64,000 nt of DNA from Phoronis australis (taxonomy: Eukaryota > Animalia > Phoronida), in contig NMRA01000346.1 in assembly GCA_002633005.1 (NCBI GenBank), positions 52,443-116,442 of the forward strand. The letters are read 5' to 3'. Numbering within the stretch: the stretch's first letter is position 1; every line of letters begins with the position of its first letter. Below, piece after piece: positions 36,302-48,500 of this stretch. A model generated the notes under the pieces. It was not told the DNA's origin, made no database searches, and worked only from the letters and a program-made list of their open reading frames with translations. The position numbers were made by a program, and so were the translations under genes.

Positions 36302-36564
36302 TCAAATGTCACAATACTGTGGTTTTCCCTTGTGCTTCCAGTTAAACTTCCACAGCCCATGGCTGTCGTGCTCCGTTACATAGACAGACCGGCTGTTAGG
36401 CTCAAAGTGGAGATTACTCGGTTTAGCAAAAGGAAGTTGTATCCTACAAAATGGAGAGCCCCCTGACGGTGGGAAAACTTCTAAGTACCCCGAGCCCCAG
36501 TTAGCAACTAACAAGTTGCCCTCCTCGTCAAAGTCAATTCCGTCGGGTCCACCATCATGATCGC
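36302..36564 (-). CDS. Diisopropyl-fluorophosphatase (DFPase)-like, exon 3 (last)
   Basis: tttattttag acceptor. (G)DHDGGPDGIDFDEEGNLLVANWGSGYLEVF...PSNLHF...VTEHDSHGLWKFNW...QYCDI* matches the squid DFPase C-terminus. Confidence 0.93.
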
Positions 36565-37630
36565 CTAAAATAAAACAAAAATGAGTTATTTACAAACCAA
36601 CATAAGAAAGGTGAAAAGGTGAAAAAAAGTGCTATCAAGATACCTTAACGGGGACATAAAATTGGTGATAGAATTTTGAGAGTTAGTACAGAATGATACA
36701 GATCCGTGAAATGTCCTGTTCCAAGTTGCTGCGAATCATCTCATAACATGAAAATCCCATGATTTTAAATACTCACTGATATCCTGGAACCAGGAAATTG
36801 GAGCCTATAATTATAACTGGACTGCTTTACGTGCATCCAAGAAATTCGCGAAAAAAGCAAGACCACACAAAATCTTAGTAAAATGACAAACAAACTGAGT
36901 ATAAACGGTGTTGAAAAACAATGTTTTGGCGTTTCGCTGACATTATAAACTGAGCAACAGTCTGCCATTTGCTATCAAAATCTAACTATATAAAGGTGTA
37001 TTTGCATGCCGCTATGCTAATGTATAGAGGGAACTAAACGACAATGCTATTTGAACATCAGCTATGCTAATGTATAGAGGGAACTAAACGACAATGCTAT
37101 TTGAACATCAGCTACGCTAAACACAGTGCAGTTGTATTCATTGACAACTTGTAAATGTGAAAACAAAAAATTCTACAAGAAGGTGACCTTTGCACTACTG
37201 ACGTACCTTGGGGCTCACATAGTCCCCATAATGCAGTGTTATTCCCCAGCTTACTAACTGGATACTGTTGAATGATTTACGGCTGTTCATTTTCAGCACA
37301 AAAGTTGTTCTCAAAAACATTCGGCAATTTTCAACCAACTTCATATTCACATCATCACGACATGTTGTGTTTCTAACTAATTTGACCAAGTAATCACAGA
37401 GATAAAAACTTCCATTTTAACCCGGCAGCTCAGACCATTTTTAACAAACGAGGTAGAAACTTCTGATCACAGCTAAAATTACACCCCAGTTAATGTAAAG
37501 AAATTGGTAGCCTACTGCCGGTAGAATGGGTGTGTTCCCTGGAGACCATCCAAAGAGGTCAGAAACTGCGGCAACAAAACAATTCAATTCACATATTTAC
37601 TCCTTAAATGCTTTACTGTCAGTTGATTAC

Positions 37631-38126
37631 CTGGAACTTTCGCCCATATTCGCCTGTTTTCAACCTTTCCGGGGCCTTTGATGTCATATGCCCATAGAAG
37701 CTTTGTTTGTGTTTCGGCCACTATCAACACAAGGGGTCGTCCTGTCTTTGAGTGCTGCACGGCAATCCCATTGCTGAAGGCATACCCTGTGTCGATTCTC
37801 CTCATTATCTCATTTGTTGGTGAATACCAATAGATGGAACCAAAACGACCCTCTTTGCTTGACCTTTGATATCGATCTGGGGCAATTTTCCCAGCAGGGG
37901 CTGTAATCCAAAGATTTCCGTCGTAATCAAAACTAAGGTCGTTACAGCCTTGCATTTGTTTGTAGGTAAAATCGCGTCGCGTTATTTGCTTAAAGTGACC
38001 GTCTCTTGTCACTTTCAGTAGCCCAAGTCTCATGTCAGCTACCCAAACGTTGCCGTGGCGGTCGCACTGACACCCCGCTGGGATACCACCATCATGTCCG
38101 TCACGAGGTGCACAAAGGATTTCACA
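37631..38126 (-). CDS. DFPase-like, exon 2
   Basis: gatttcag / gtaatc boundaries. CEILCAPRDGHDGGIPAGCQCDRHGNVWVADMRLGLL...MQGCNDLSFDYDGNLWITAPAG...FSNGIAV...AETQTK. Confidence 0.93.
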
Positions 38127-39199
38127 CTGAAATCAACAAAAATGTTGTTAAACTGGTTAGAATGTACCAACCAATGCAGCGCAGCCTCGTACCCAAGCCT
38201 CAAGATGGTGCTGACTGGTTTAGCCATTTGAGGCTTGATGGTTGTGAGGAATGAAATGTGTCAGAATTCTGACAGAAATCGCCGGAATATAAGTAATATA
38301 AAGTCGTATCAATTTTGAATTTTTTGCGGTATAATATCAGAGTGAAGACTAGACTAACGGCATGTTACAGCAATTTAAGTCTAAATTATTGCAAAACTGA
38401 AGTATTTTGATTCGAAAACAGATTCATTTCTATGGTACTATCAGGAAGAGATGGTTATCTCTTCCTTTAAAAAAGAATTGAAAATAACCACGCGCACAAC
38501 TTTTATTTCAAACAATAACCAAAATGATGTCTTGTGCTTGCTTCATTAATAGCAGCAACAACGCCTGTGAAAACAAAAGCAACGCGGAGCGTTGAAATGC
38601 GCCCACGAATGCATCGCAAATAGTGTGCTTTTAGGGTTATTTATTTGTATCATAAAAATGGCCACTAGATGGCGGAAAAACGTACAATCCATCCAAAAAC
38701 GGGAACATGCCATATTTCGTAAAAATCTGTCAAGGAACTTAAGAGAAACAAAGGAAAACAGAATAAAATGAAATTGCCACTTGTAGGCACATCGTCCGTT
38801 CAACCTGCCTGAAAGTCTTCGTCTGTTATCTTCATATAAATTCACTTACTAAATATAACAAAGATCCTGTAATGGGTTTTGGAGATACAGCTATGGGCGC
38901 AAAAAGACTAACACTAGGAGGCACCACAGTAGTCAGTCGCAATCATCAAACGTCCTCTTCACACTGAAAACATACACGCCAATTTTCAATCCCTAGAATG
39001 ATTTGGTTGATTTTGGGGTGGACGCCAAAAACAAGATTTTAAACACAGCAAAAATGGCCACCAGGTGACGAAAAATACCTCGCGAATCGAAACTTGGCCA
39101 AGAAGCGCGCGCTAGGGCCTACATATAATATGTGGGCCTGCCCAATTAGATAAATATAATATTACAGCTCATTGGGCCTGCTACTCTGGCAAATGAACA

Positions 39200-39730
39200 C
39201 TGATGAAACGCACGCGCTCGCTCACTCCGTGCACACCTGTTGACTCACTTCAATACAAACGTCACGTGACAACAACATATGTGTTCGTCCAGATTTTTCT
39301 CGTTGCGGGTGCGATCTAGCGCAGATTTTGACTTAATCTGCGGTTAATCCCGACTCCGAGTCCAGAGGAACTTAAGAATCTTAGGAAAGGCTATTTGGAA
39401 AACTTAAGGAGGATTTCAGGTAATTTGAGACGAAACTATCTTTACTCAAGAATTCAAGTTGTCCTATCGACGAAGCAGCGACGCATCAGTCGGCAAGTTT
39501 TCGGCCTGGGATTTCAGCACATGTTTTTTAAAAAGATCGTAATTTAACAACAGAGTTTGATAGCAATGCACCACAGTTTTGTAGAAAGTCTGTCATATTA
39601 TACACGTACGTCACAGCGCTTAAATTTGATGAATCCTAGCTTCCGATTTCACCCGTTTCGGAGACCGGGTTTTAACCGCCGTAGGTTACAAAAAGCGTCC
39701 CCCTGGGCACTTTTTATGGCGAATACGGTA
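39200..39730 (+). repeat. Dispersed repeat, copy 2, ending in a pogo-type terminus (...ggcgaatacgg-TA)
   Basis: Homologous to copies 1 and 3. Its end is an approximate reverse complement of the TIR-like sequence at ~41376-41401. Confidence 0.75.
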
Positions 39731-40259
39731 GCAGTAATAGATGGTGACATCAGTGCACGAAACGATGATTTTTATTTAAAGTAGCAGCAAGTTTGTGGTC
39801 ACTGGCGCCAACGGCCAGGTGACTGATCCGAACTTCGGGCTGGGCGAGTAGATTTTCTAGCTCCGGCACTCACTCAGCTGGCGAGCAGGGTTTTTCAAGA
39901 CTAAAAGCCTGGGTATATCCCTGACTTCCACACTTTTCCAAAAGAGGGAAAACTACGAAGAAATGGTTGAGGAGGGTAAAAGTCTAGTTGCCGTGCGTAT
40001 TGGTATGTTTTTTGGAGACCGACTCAACATCAGACAACTTGATTTTTGGTAACGATGATAAGTCTTTTGACCACACCACCTTTGCAGGACGATGCCATGT
40101 TTGTCTAGGCGCCTCCTTTTCGATCAACACGACAGCTGCGCCCCGCGTTCGTGAAATTGGTGAATACGGTCGAACTCACCTTGCCGAGAGGTGTCGCGTT
40201 AACCGGTGAGGAAGGTGAGAAACTAGTACGCATCGACGTCAGTGGTTCGTCTGCAGAGT

Positions 40260-40480
40260 GAATACCGCTGTATTGCGGAGCATCGTTCCCGCTTTTCCGA
40301 AATATGAAGCTGCGAAGAAAGCGGGTATATCGTTTTTTTCGACTTCCTCGGGAGCCCGAAATGCTTAGGAAATGACTCGCAGTAGTGAAGAATGAAAGGT
40401 AGGCTGTTAATAGCAAGTATGAGGCCGTGAAACATCTCCGTATATCCTGTGGCCGGCATTTTGTCGACAGTGATTTCTCT
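40260..40480 (+). pseudogene. THAP-domain transposase remnant
   Basis: YRFFRLPREPEMLRK*LAVVKNER*...YEAVKHLRISCGRHFVDSDF has the THAP Pro, Trp position and CxxHF signature, with stops. Confidence 0.65.
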
Positions 40481-42224
40481 GACGAATTCCGGCTTACCAA
40501 AGAACTGTCCACACGTTCCGTTGCATGTGCATGTTCACGGCGCCTCTCTAGTATTTCTTGATCAGTCTATTCCGGTTCGAACTGGTAGCCTGTGAAACCT
40601 AACGATCCGACCCGTGAAGTCTTCGTCGCTTGAGCTCTTGACTGAGTCGGGATTGGCGCGGGGCGAGTTGCCGGGGTTGCGTGCCCTAGTTAATTATAGT
40701 TAAGTCTATTCGCTTGTTAATGGTAGTCACAGCATCAAACGAAGTAGCTGATGAACTCCAGCAAATGACCTTCCAATAAAACAATCGGCTGTGATTTGAG
40801 CTTCCTAAGGGTCACTTATATTTGGTCTTCCAGCAGATAAACAAGATCGATTATCGCGCGCTCTTGTGACCAAACTGGAATTGACGCGCAGGTTATTTAA
40901 TAGCTCAAGGAGATTTATTTATCATTTATTTGGATACTAGGTGCTTAGTTTACTTAATTGCACATTGCCCCAAGATTCGCAAAATTCAGCCAAAACAATT
41001 AAGCATACGTTATATAGATTGACGGCTGCAGAGGAACTGACAAAACCATGTCGTCTGCACACAGCAGGCATAACAAAGTTTCTCACCTGGGGGCAACGAA
41101 GTCGCCTTGAGTTATGCAACCTCTGTCTGGGTCAAGATGTTGTGCATAGTACTATTATGCACTGAAGGCATTTTAGGGAGTAATGTTATTGCCAAGAAAG
41201 GAACCCGACCGACCTGCATTAGCGGAGTTGCAACCGAATCGATTTAACGATTGCGCATGTCCGGAAATTAGGGTGCGCAAAGGCTACTGGGATTGTTGAT
41301 GGTAAACGGGATGGCCGTCTGGTTTGCACGACGTGTAATTTGTGTGCATTAAACTACGCTGCTGTATGTAATTCTGCCGCTATTCGCCCTAATTAGCGCC
41401 CATGGCTCAACAAGTGCCCCAACGCGTTTTCAGACTTTGCTAAAGTAAGCGCCCAGCCCATGAACTACATGCGAAAAATGCCCTTACCTACAGTTCTAAC
41501 GTCTCCAATTTATCAATTGAAAGATCCGACAGCCTGAATTTGTAACGGACCACGAGCCTCACCGTTATGTCCGTATACACTTCAAACTTACGCCGCGATT
41601 CAAAAAGAACGCAGAAGTTTTGCTGCTCTTGCGAGGGATGTGCCCCACTACGCGGGTCTGGACTTTGAAAACAGACACAGCGTACTTGTCAAAGAGCGGG
41701 ATTGCATTGTTTCTTTCCAGTACAGATCTTCTCCGGCCTCAAACTTCTTTGTGCATGTGAAAACCGTGAATCGAAGACTAAAAAAAAAAACTCGACCAGT
41801 GTTAGCACGCGACCAAGAAGCGCGCGCTGCATAATGTACCGACTGTCATCGAAGATTAATCGGGTAACATAGCATCGGCAAATAAATATTGGCACTAATT
41901 TCCGAAAGTTTCCAATACCGTAAAAAGCTTCTGCATTATTTTTAAGAGAAATTATTTAACTAATCATAATTGGTGTTTTTAAGGTCAAAATGACCCACTT
42001 CGCACCCTTACACCCCAAATCTTCCGGGAAATAGCTGTTACACTACGGTCACGCATCCACTCACCCGGCGACTCAATGAGTGACATGTCGGTCTTACCGA
42101 AAAAATTCTCGAACGTTTTTAGCAGATGAGGCCAGCAAGTGCTAAGCCGTAAATATTAAAACACGCTCTGCTTGACTGCTTGATTTTTTTTTTTTTTGGA
42201 TACAATGCACACCTAGATCATTAC

Positions 42225-42640
42225 ATTACTCTGGCAAATGAACTCTGACAAGCACACGCACGCTTACTCTCACACACACGCATACAAACTTCAAAACAAA
42301 CGTCACGTGACAACAACATGTGTTCCCACAGAGATTTTTCTCGGGTTGCGTGCTACAATCTAGCGTAGATTTGGACTTAATCTGCAGTTAATCCAGACTT
42401 CACAAGAACTTAAAAATCTTAGAGACGCTATTTGGAAAACTTGAGGAGGATTTCAGGTAATTTGTTGAGTCAAAGCTGTATTCTTATTTAAGAATTCAAG
42501 CCCTATCGACGATTGCGAGACCAGCAGCTACGCATTTGTCGGCAAGATTTCGCCCTGGAACTTCAACAAAATTTTATGAAAAATGATCGTAATTTAACAA
42601 CGAATTTTGATAGCAATGTACCACAATTTTGTAGAAAGTA
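42225..42640 (+). repeat. Dispersed repeat, copy 3
   Basis: Homologous to 34360-34850 and 39200-39730. Confidence 0.8.
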
Positions 42641-44591
42641 AATAATAATAATCTGCACGCTTTATCTTAGCGCGTAATGCATATAGTGTGCATACGTTAA
42701 GTGAGTCGACCCAGAACAGGTGATTGTGCAGAGGCATTATCCTCAAAATTGCTCATGTTGGCTTGGTTCTGGTCAAGCGAAAACCAATTTTTTTTTCACT
42801 ACCAACCGCCGTGGAGTATTTGTTACTGTTTCTTTGAAGGGAGATATTGTTGGGCAGTTTCTAAGATACGTTTTCTTGCCGCCCTCAAAATGAGCGCTGC
42901 ACACTTTATGCTACGAAGTCGGAAAGAATTCACGAAGTCGGCCTTTGCTACCAGCTCTACCGATGTCTCTGACCCATGTTTAACGCAGTTCTTGATCCTT
43001 GGGAAACAGGTAGTAACTAAATTGTTTATTTCGCTAACTGGTATTATAGCATGCCAGGCACACAACACGTATAACCTCCCTGTGGCCGGTTCGCCCCCAC
43101 GCTTGCCGACGTACTTGTTTACCAGCTTAACCACAATGCAACATTCTGACCCATTTCCAATATGGCGGCGTTGCAACTCCGCTAAGTCATCCCATTTGAG
43201 GAGCCGGGCCGTGTGAAGTGCTGACGCCAGATGAAGTTAATCAAACACGGTTAATTGTGTAAAGACCGGGTTACTCATTTCAGGAGAAAACTCCATTTGG
43301 CACTGGAGTTAACCTTTGGCACAATAATCAGTTCATTTTGATATTGCTTTTCGATGCCACTGAATTAACTCAAGAATTCATTCAATACCAGGCAAATTAC
43401 AATGGACTTATTTTGTAACCCTGGCAAGAGCCCAACAGTACAACTGAAAAACTCTTTAACTCCATCTCGAGTTTTCACGCAAGAAAGTCGAGAAATGGTT
43501 CTTCGATGGAATTTTAGTAGAAGCGTTATCTCATTTTAAGTAGCTTGGGTTGTTCCATCATGACCACTGAGAGGTCTGCTGAGGGAGGGAGTGAGAGAAA
43601 GAGTTTAGAATAGACGCATTTTATCCGGTAACATCGTTTTTATTGAATTTAATAAATCACATAAATTGATCCTATCCCCGTCGCCATTTTTATGTATGCG
43701 ATGTGTTAAACTCAATAAAAAACTGATTTCTCATGAGAACTCTTGATGTTTCTCTTTTCTAAAATTACTTCACTATCTGAACCTCATAAAAATTACGATC
43801 TCGTATTTGTTATGCATTGGGTCAATGACCCTATTTATTCCAATAAGTCAATTCTTATACTAAAAAAACTGAAACAAAGTCGCACAGGCCCCACCCGACA
43901 GTTAAGGCCCGACACAAATTCAGACATGCGAATAAACTTAGTAAACACAAAAATCGACAATTTTGATTTCTCTAAACGTGAGGTATTGACGTGGGTATAG
44001 ACAATATATGTTGCAATCTTTAAGAACAAGCCAAGCCTAGGAGCAAACCCGGCACTCGTGAGCAGAGTGATTGCTCCCGGCTCTTTCACTCCCGGTCAGA
44101 CTGTCGCCGTGTGACCGGTGATGTATCCGACTCCTGATGGTAGGCTACACGGTTTCCTAAGCCTTTTTCGGGAGAAAAAAATAGTGTTTTACACGTTCCC
44201 AACCCGCAAACGGCCAAGACTGCCCTAAAAATAAACCTCAAGCTAAATACCTTTATTGACTGCCAGCGGCTTTCCCGAATTATATTGACTGATGTGTTTG
44301 ACATTCTCGTAGCGTGGTATATGGCAGATAGCGAGCCACGGAAGCTTTGTCTAAGCTCTAAACAGGCATTGTGTGAAAGGGGCCAGTGAATAGGACCAGG
44401 GCGTTTCACAGCTGTCTACCGTCTCTGGACGGCAGGGGTCAACAATTAAGAGATGAGAGAAGACATCAATGAATGATGTTACGGGGTCTCCTTGCCAAGT
44501 CAGACGGCGAAGCATTCACGACTCGCTGACATGTAACCGAATTTAACACATTGACTATCAACACAACGTGCGCATAGTGTAGTGTTATTAC

Positions 44592-44786
44592 CTGTTCGTT
44601 TTCCAGGTCAACCTTCAAGACCTCTCCCGTCGGTTTACCCTCGGAGTCTTCCACTTCTGGGGCCACCATGTACATGTTACCATTGTGATCGAACACTGGT
44701 CCTTCTGCACCGCGCAGTCCAGACAGAATTTGTACACAGTCAGCTACAAAAACTTCCATATTGCAGACTACAGTAGTTTGAAACAT
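44592..44786 (-). CDS. DFPase-like, exon 1 (start at 44786 or the second Met at 44759)
   Basis: MEVFVADCVQILSGLRGAEGPVFDHNGNMYMVAPEVEDSEGKPTGEVLKVDLENEQ closely matches the squid DFPase N-terminus (GAEGPVFD...VAPEVE...GKPAGE). Donor CAG/gtaata. Confidence 0.93.
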
Positions 44787-45279
44787 GGAGTGGGTGTGTG
44801 TTATCTCGAGCAGCCTGTATATTGTCTATTTGATTGACCTGGGGCGCTGTGTTCTAACTTCTTACCGGGCTCGGCCTGTCCAAACATTCTCAGATTTTTC
44901 GTACTACGACTTAATATGTATTCGTATGCAACCGGCTTTCGTACATGACTAATCGGAGTGCGTGGACAGGTGTCCCGATACGACTTTTTAACCTATTTTT
45001 GTCAAGAACAGGCATCGCGCGGTGGGAGGGAAATCCGAGCAAGAGTCAAGTTTCATGCCATTGAAGTACTTTGATTCAAGAATTTTAGCTGGGAGTCTGC
45101 TGCAAAATTTTTCTTCTGTAGTCATTCATCAGTCAAATCCCGTAAAAATTCCTGGTTCAGAAGATTGATACTCAAGTGATGAGAGGGCCTGGATAGCCGG
45201 GAAGAAAATTACTACCACTTATTTTCACGTAACGTATTATTCATTTTGGTAAGGCCTATTATCGGCTCTTGCAGCTTCG

Positions 45280-45960
45280 GTTAAGAATCAGTTTTGGGGA
45301 GAAGTTTTTTTGAAACGTTGGAGAATTGCTTGGCATTTTCCCTTTTAACAAGGCAATGAGTCCCTACGAGCCAAATTGGTTTAATCCCAAAATCTCAATT
45401 GACAAGAAATACATATTTTATGAAGGTTGGCATGCCAACGGCATTGTATATATTTACGATTTGTTAGATTCTAATGGTAATTTCATTTTGATGTCATACA
45501 AAGACTTTTGTAATTATGATGGATTTTCTCCACCATTCATGGGCGTGCGTTGCCAACGGAACTTACTTGAACATATAGATTCGTCCAAAATCATTATTCC
45601 GGCATCACCGTCTACAGTTCATTACCACTTTCCTTAACACATGTAAAAACGAGAAGTGTGTATAATATGTTTGTTACTTTCCAACTCAAAAAAAAAAACA
45701 AAATTTAAAAATAAGTGGGAAGACTGTCTTAATAGGGAGCTTTGAATAGTGGAGAACTGTCTAGATTATATTCTTCGTTCACTAAAGACACTAATCTTAA
45801 ATGATTACAACTTAGACTTACTCAAAGTATTCATAGTACAAAATGTTTGTTATATAAAATAGATATAGTTAACTCACCACTAGTGTGGAAAAGGCCCCGA
45901 GAATCTTTGCCATGTTTTTTGGTAGTGTGAAGTTATTCAGAAGTTTTGGAAGTCGGTGAA
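45280..45960 (+). mobile_element. L1/Tx1-type LINE ORF2 3' remnant
   Basis: WFNPKISIDKKYIFYEGWHANGIVYIYDLLDSNG, TKDTNLK*LQLRL and HVFW*CEVIQKFW fragments with stops and frameshifts. Confidence 0.7.
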
Positions 45961-46260
45961 CTGGTTTACACTGATCCAAAATAGGGGTCGTTTTTAGCTC
46001 GAGTTGAGTTTGACAGCTGTTATTGTAAAGAATACTAGACAACTGTAAACTTAGTCTGTTACGTCGCCTGCGACCTCAGCGTCCCGTTTACATATACTAG
46101 AACATCTCTTTCCGTGTCAGCTGATCCGTGTCAACCCGGCGCAACTGACACGGAGCAAATTGATCGGTGTCAAACGCCCGTTTACACACACAACTCACTA
46201 ACTGTGGCAAGACAGAAATTGTAGACTGGAGAGTGGATCACACATGCGCAGGTTTACAAA

Positions 46261-46832
46261 TAACCTCGCTGGTTCCCTGCGTGCTTAGCCCAGCCAGCAC
46301 GCAGGTATCACGTAGTAGCACGTGCTTTAGCATTGGTCGATGTAATCTTGGCAGTCATTGGTTAGCTTTACAACACCGTGAGAAAAATGGCGGACTGTGA
46401 ACGATTTTTAGCCTTGTCGTTTCTGAAGTGATGTTTAATAGCCGCGTGCTTGAAGCACATACATGCATAATAAACACAAATTATGTGGCCGATTTAACCG
46501 GTGTGTTATTCATACTGTATAAGAACACTATCGTAAACAAAAGTCATCGACAGTAGAAAGATGTATTCCGAAAAGGCTCAATATTACAATTTCTAGGCGT
46601 CACATTTCCTGAACATAATTTTAAGCACCGATTTGTCTGTACAACAGACCACATTTACACTTCAGTCCATCAGTCATGCCAGTTTGTTTGCGCAAAGCGC
46701 TGCCTGTTGAGAATTCGACTAGCCAATCAGAAACGCCGGTGTAAAAAAATTTACAGAGGAAATTTAAGTGATACCTGCGTGCTGGCGCGGCTACCGCCCC
46801 ATCTAGCGGCACGCAGGGAACCAACGAGACAA
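46261..46832. mobile_element. ~570-bp MITE with ~20-bp inverted termini
   Basis: ctcgctggttccctgcgtgc pairs with gcacgcagggaaccaacgag. Confidence 0.7.
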
Positions 46833-47799
46833 ATAACGGGAGTTGAAGAGACAGAGCACCTATATTTAGGTCATTACACAAGCGCAGTAGAGATGATCCT
46901 TTCTGCCTTGCCCCGAACCAGTTTCGCGTTTAGACACCAAGCCTCGAAGTATTTGCACCCATGTAAAACGCCATACAACAGCTACCTGACAACGGTAAAC
47001 TTACCCAACTCCGTGGTGGAAAAACATTTATTTTTCACGTAAGATGTCCTGATTATCCACTAACAATATCCCTGACAAGAAATCATTTCGGCACTGGCCG
47101 TACCCGGGATTGCTTGCGCACGAGGTTACGATGACAAGACTTATGGGCTATTGTTTGCGTAACGACGTTCATAACTTGTCTTACAGCAGAGTATAATAAT
47201 TCGCCACTTTAGTCGTTTTTTTCAGACTTAAATGTGCATTGAGTCAAGTCGCTAATTGTTTGTTTGTGAATGGACTTACACAGTAGGCTACTAACTTGTA
47301 GCAACTTTTACATCGCGCATGGAGCAACACCTGCCTAGTTTTTGTTGAGATTTAGCTAGAATTCATTAGATTGGATTCTATTCGAAAAGAAACATATTTT
47401 ATTAGCCTTGTTAAATTATGACATTGTCTAGTTTATTTTGAAAACTACTGTGTGCTAGTCTTTGCACCTTTACACAGTATATGTTTTATGATGTATTGTA
47501 ATTTCGGTATGCTGGAAAAGATAAAACTTAGACCTGTCCATGCAGATATAGTTAAGGAAAAGTTACAAACGTATCAGTGATCAAATGTCGAGGACAATGT
47601 TACGACAGTGCGAGTTCGTTGTTAGGGAAGAAAACGGGTGTCGTGAAGACTATGCAAAAGAACAATCAAAACCATATGCCCCACTCATTGTCACCGCCAC
47701 TCACGCTCAGTTTAGGCGTAAAGATCTAATCAAAGATAACTTTTGTTTTACTTTACACAATGGGAACAGTTAAGGAAATTGTGACTGAACAAATATTTG

Positions 47800-48500
47800 C
47801 GGAACAACATAGAAGATGACGAGGACAATTTCTTACCAACCGGAATCTTGAAACTCTGTCCGACGAGATGCCAGCCGAATGCTACAATGGAAAATTACCT
47901 GGCTCTGGAACTCGTGCTTATCGCAGAGTTTAGACTCTGAAATTCGTGCTAGAATCACGAGTTTAAAAAACCAAATACTAAGTTCTGACTTCTACTTCGG
48001 CCCTACCGATTGTTTTCCCATACTGACAATCTTGTTAAAACTCTCAAAAACAAGTCAGCCACCCAAGGCCAGCATCTGGCAAAGCTGACTGTTGAAACGT
48101 TTAATAAGTTTATCAGAAACGAAGAGTCTTTCGACTCATTTTAGGAAACAACGCACTCCAAGAACAAGACTTTGTAACCAAATTCGAGGTCCCACACGTT
48201 ACCTCGTAAACGCAGAGCACCGGCGCGTTTTGAAACAGGGTCGGCAGAACCCGAATATTCAGCAAGAATAATCGATCATTATAGACCAATATATTACCAG
48301 ATACTAGATCCGAGAAAGATTTGACCAAGAAGCAGAAAGAACGTTTTATAAGGCAACTGAAGGAGAGTAAAAACGTGGCCACGATCAACAATGGAACAAG
48401 GACAGATTCAGGAACTTAATGGTTAAAAGCATTCTGAACAGTCACAAGGAACGGTTGAATAAAAATAAAGCTACGCATTTGTAACACCTTTTCAATGGTA
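47800..48500 (+). mobile_element. Degenerate hAT-family transposase remnant
   Basis: Fragments LKLCPTR, DSEIRARITSLKNQILSSDFYFG, LFSHTDNL, SATQGQHLAKLTVETF and ILNSHKE, spread across frames. Confidence 0.6.

Noticed and set aside
42701-43600. ORFs 42701..43216 and 42823..43176 as genes
   Set aside because: No recognisable domain; inside DFPase intron 1 and probably decayed retroelement sequence, too weak to call.
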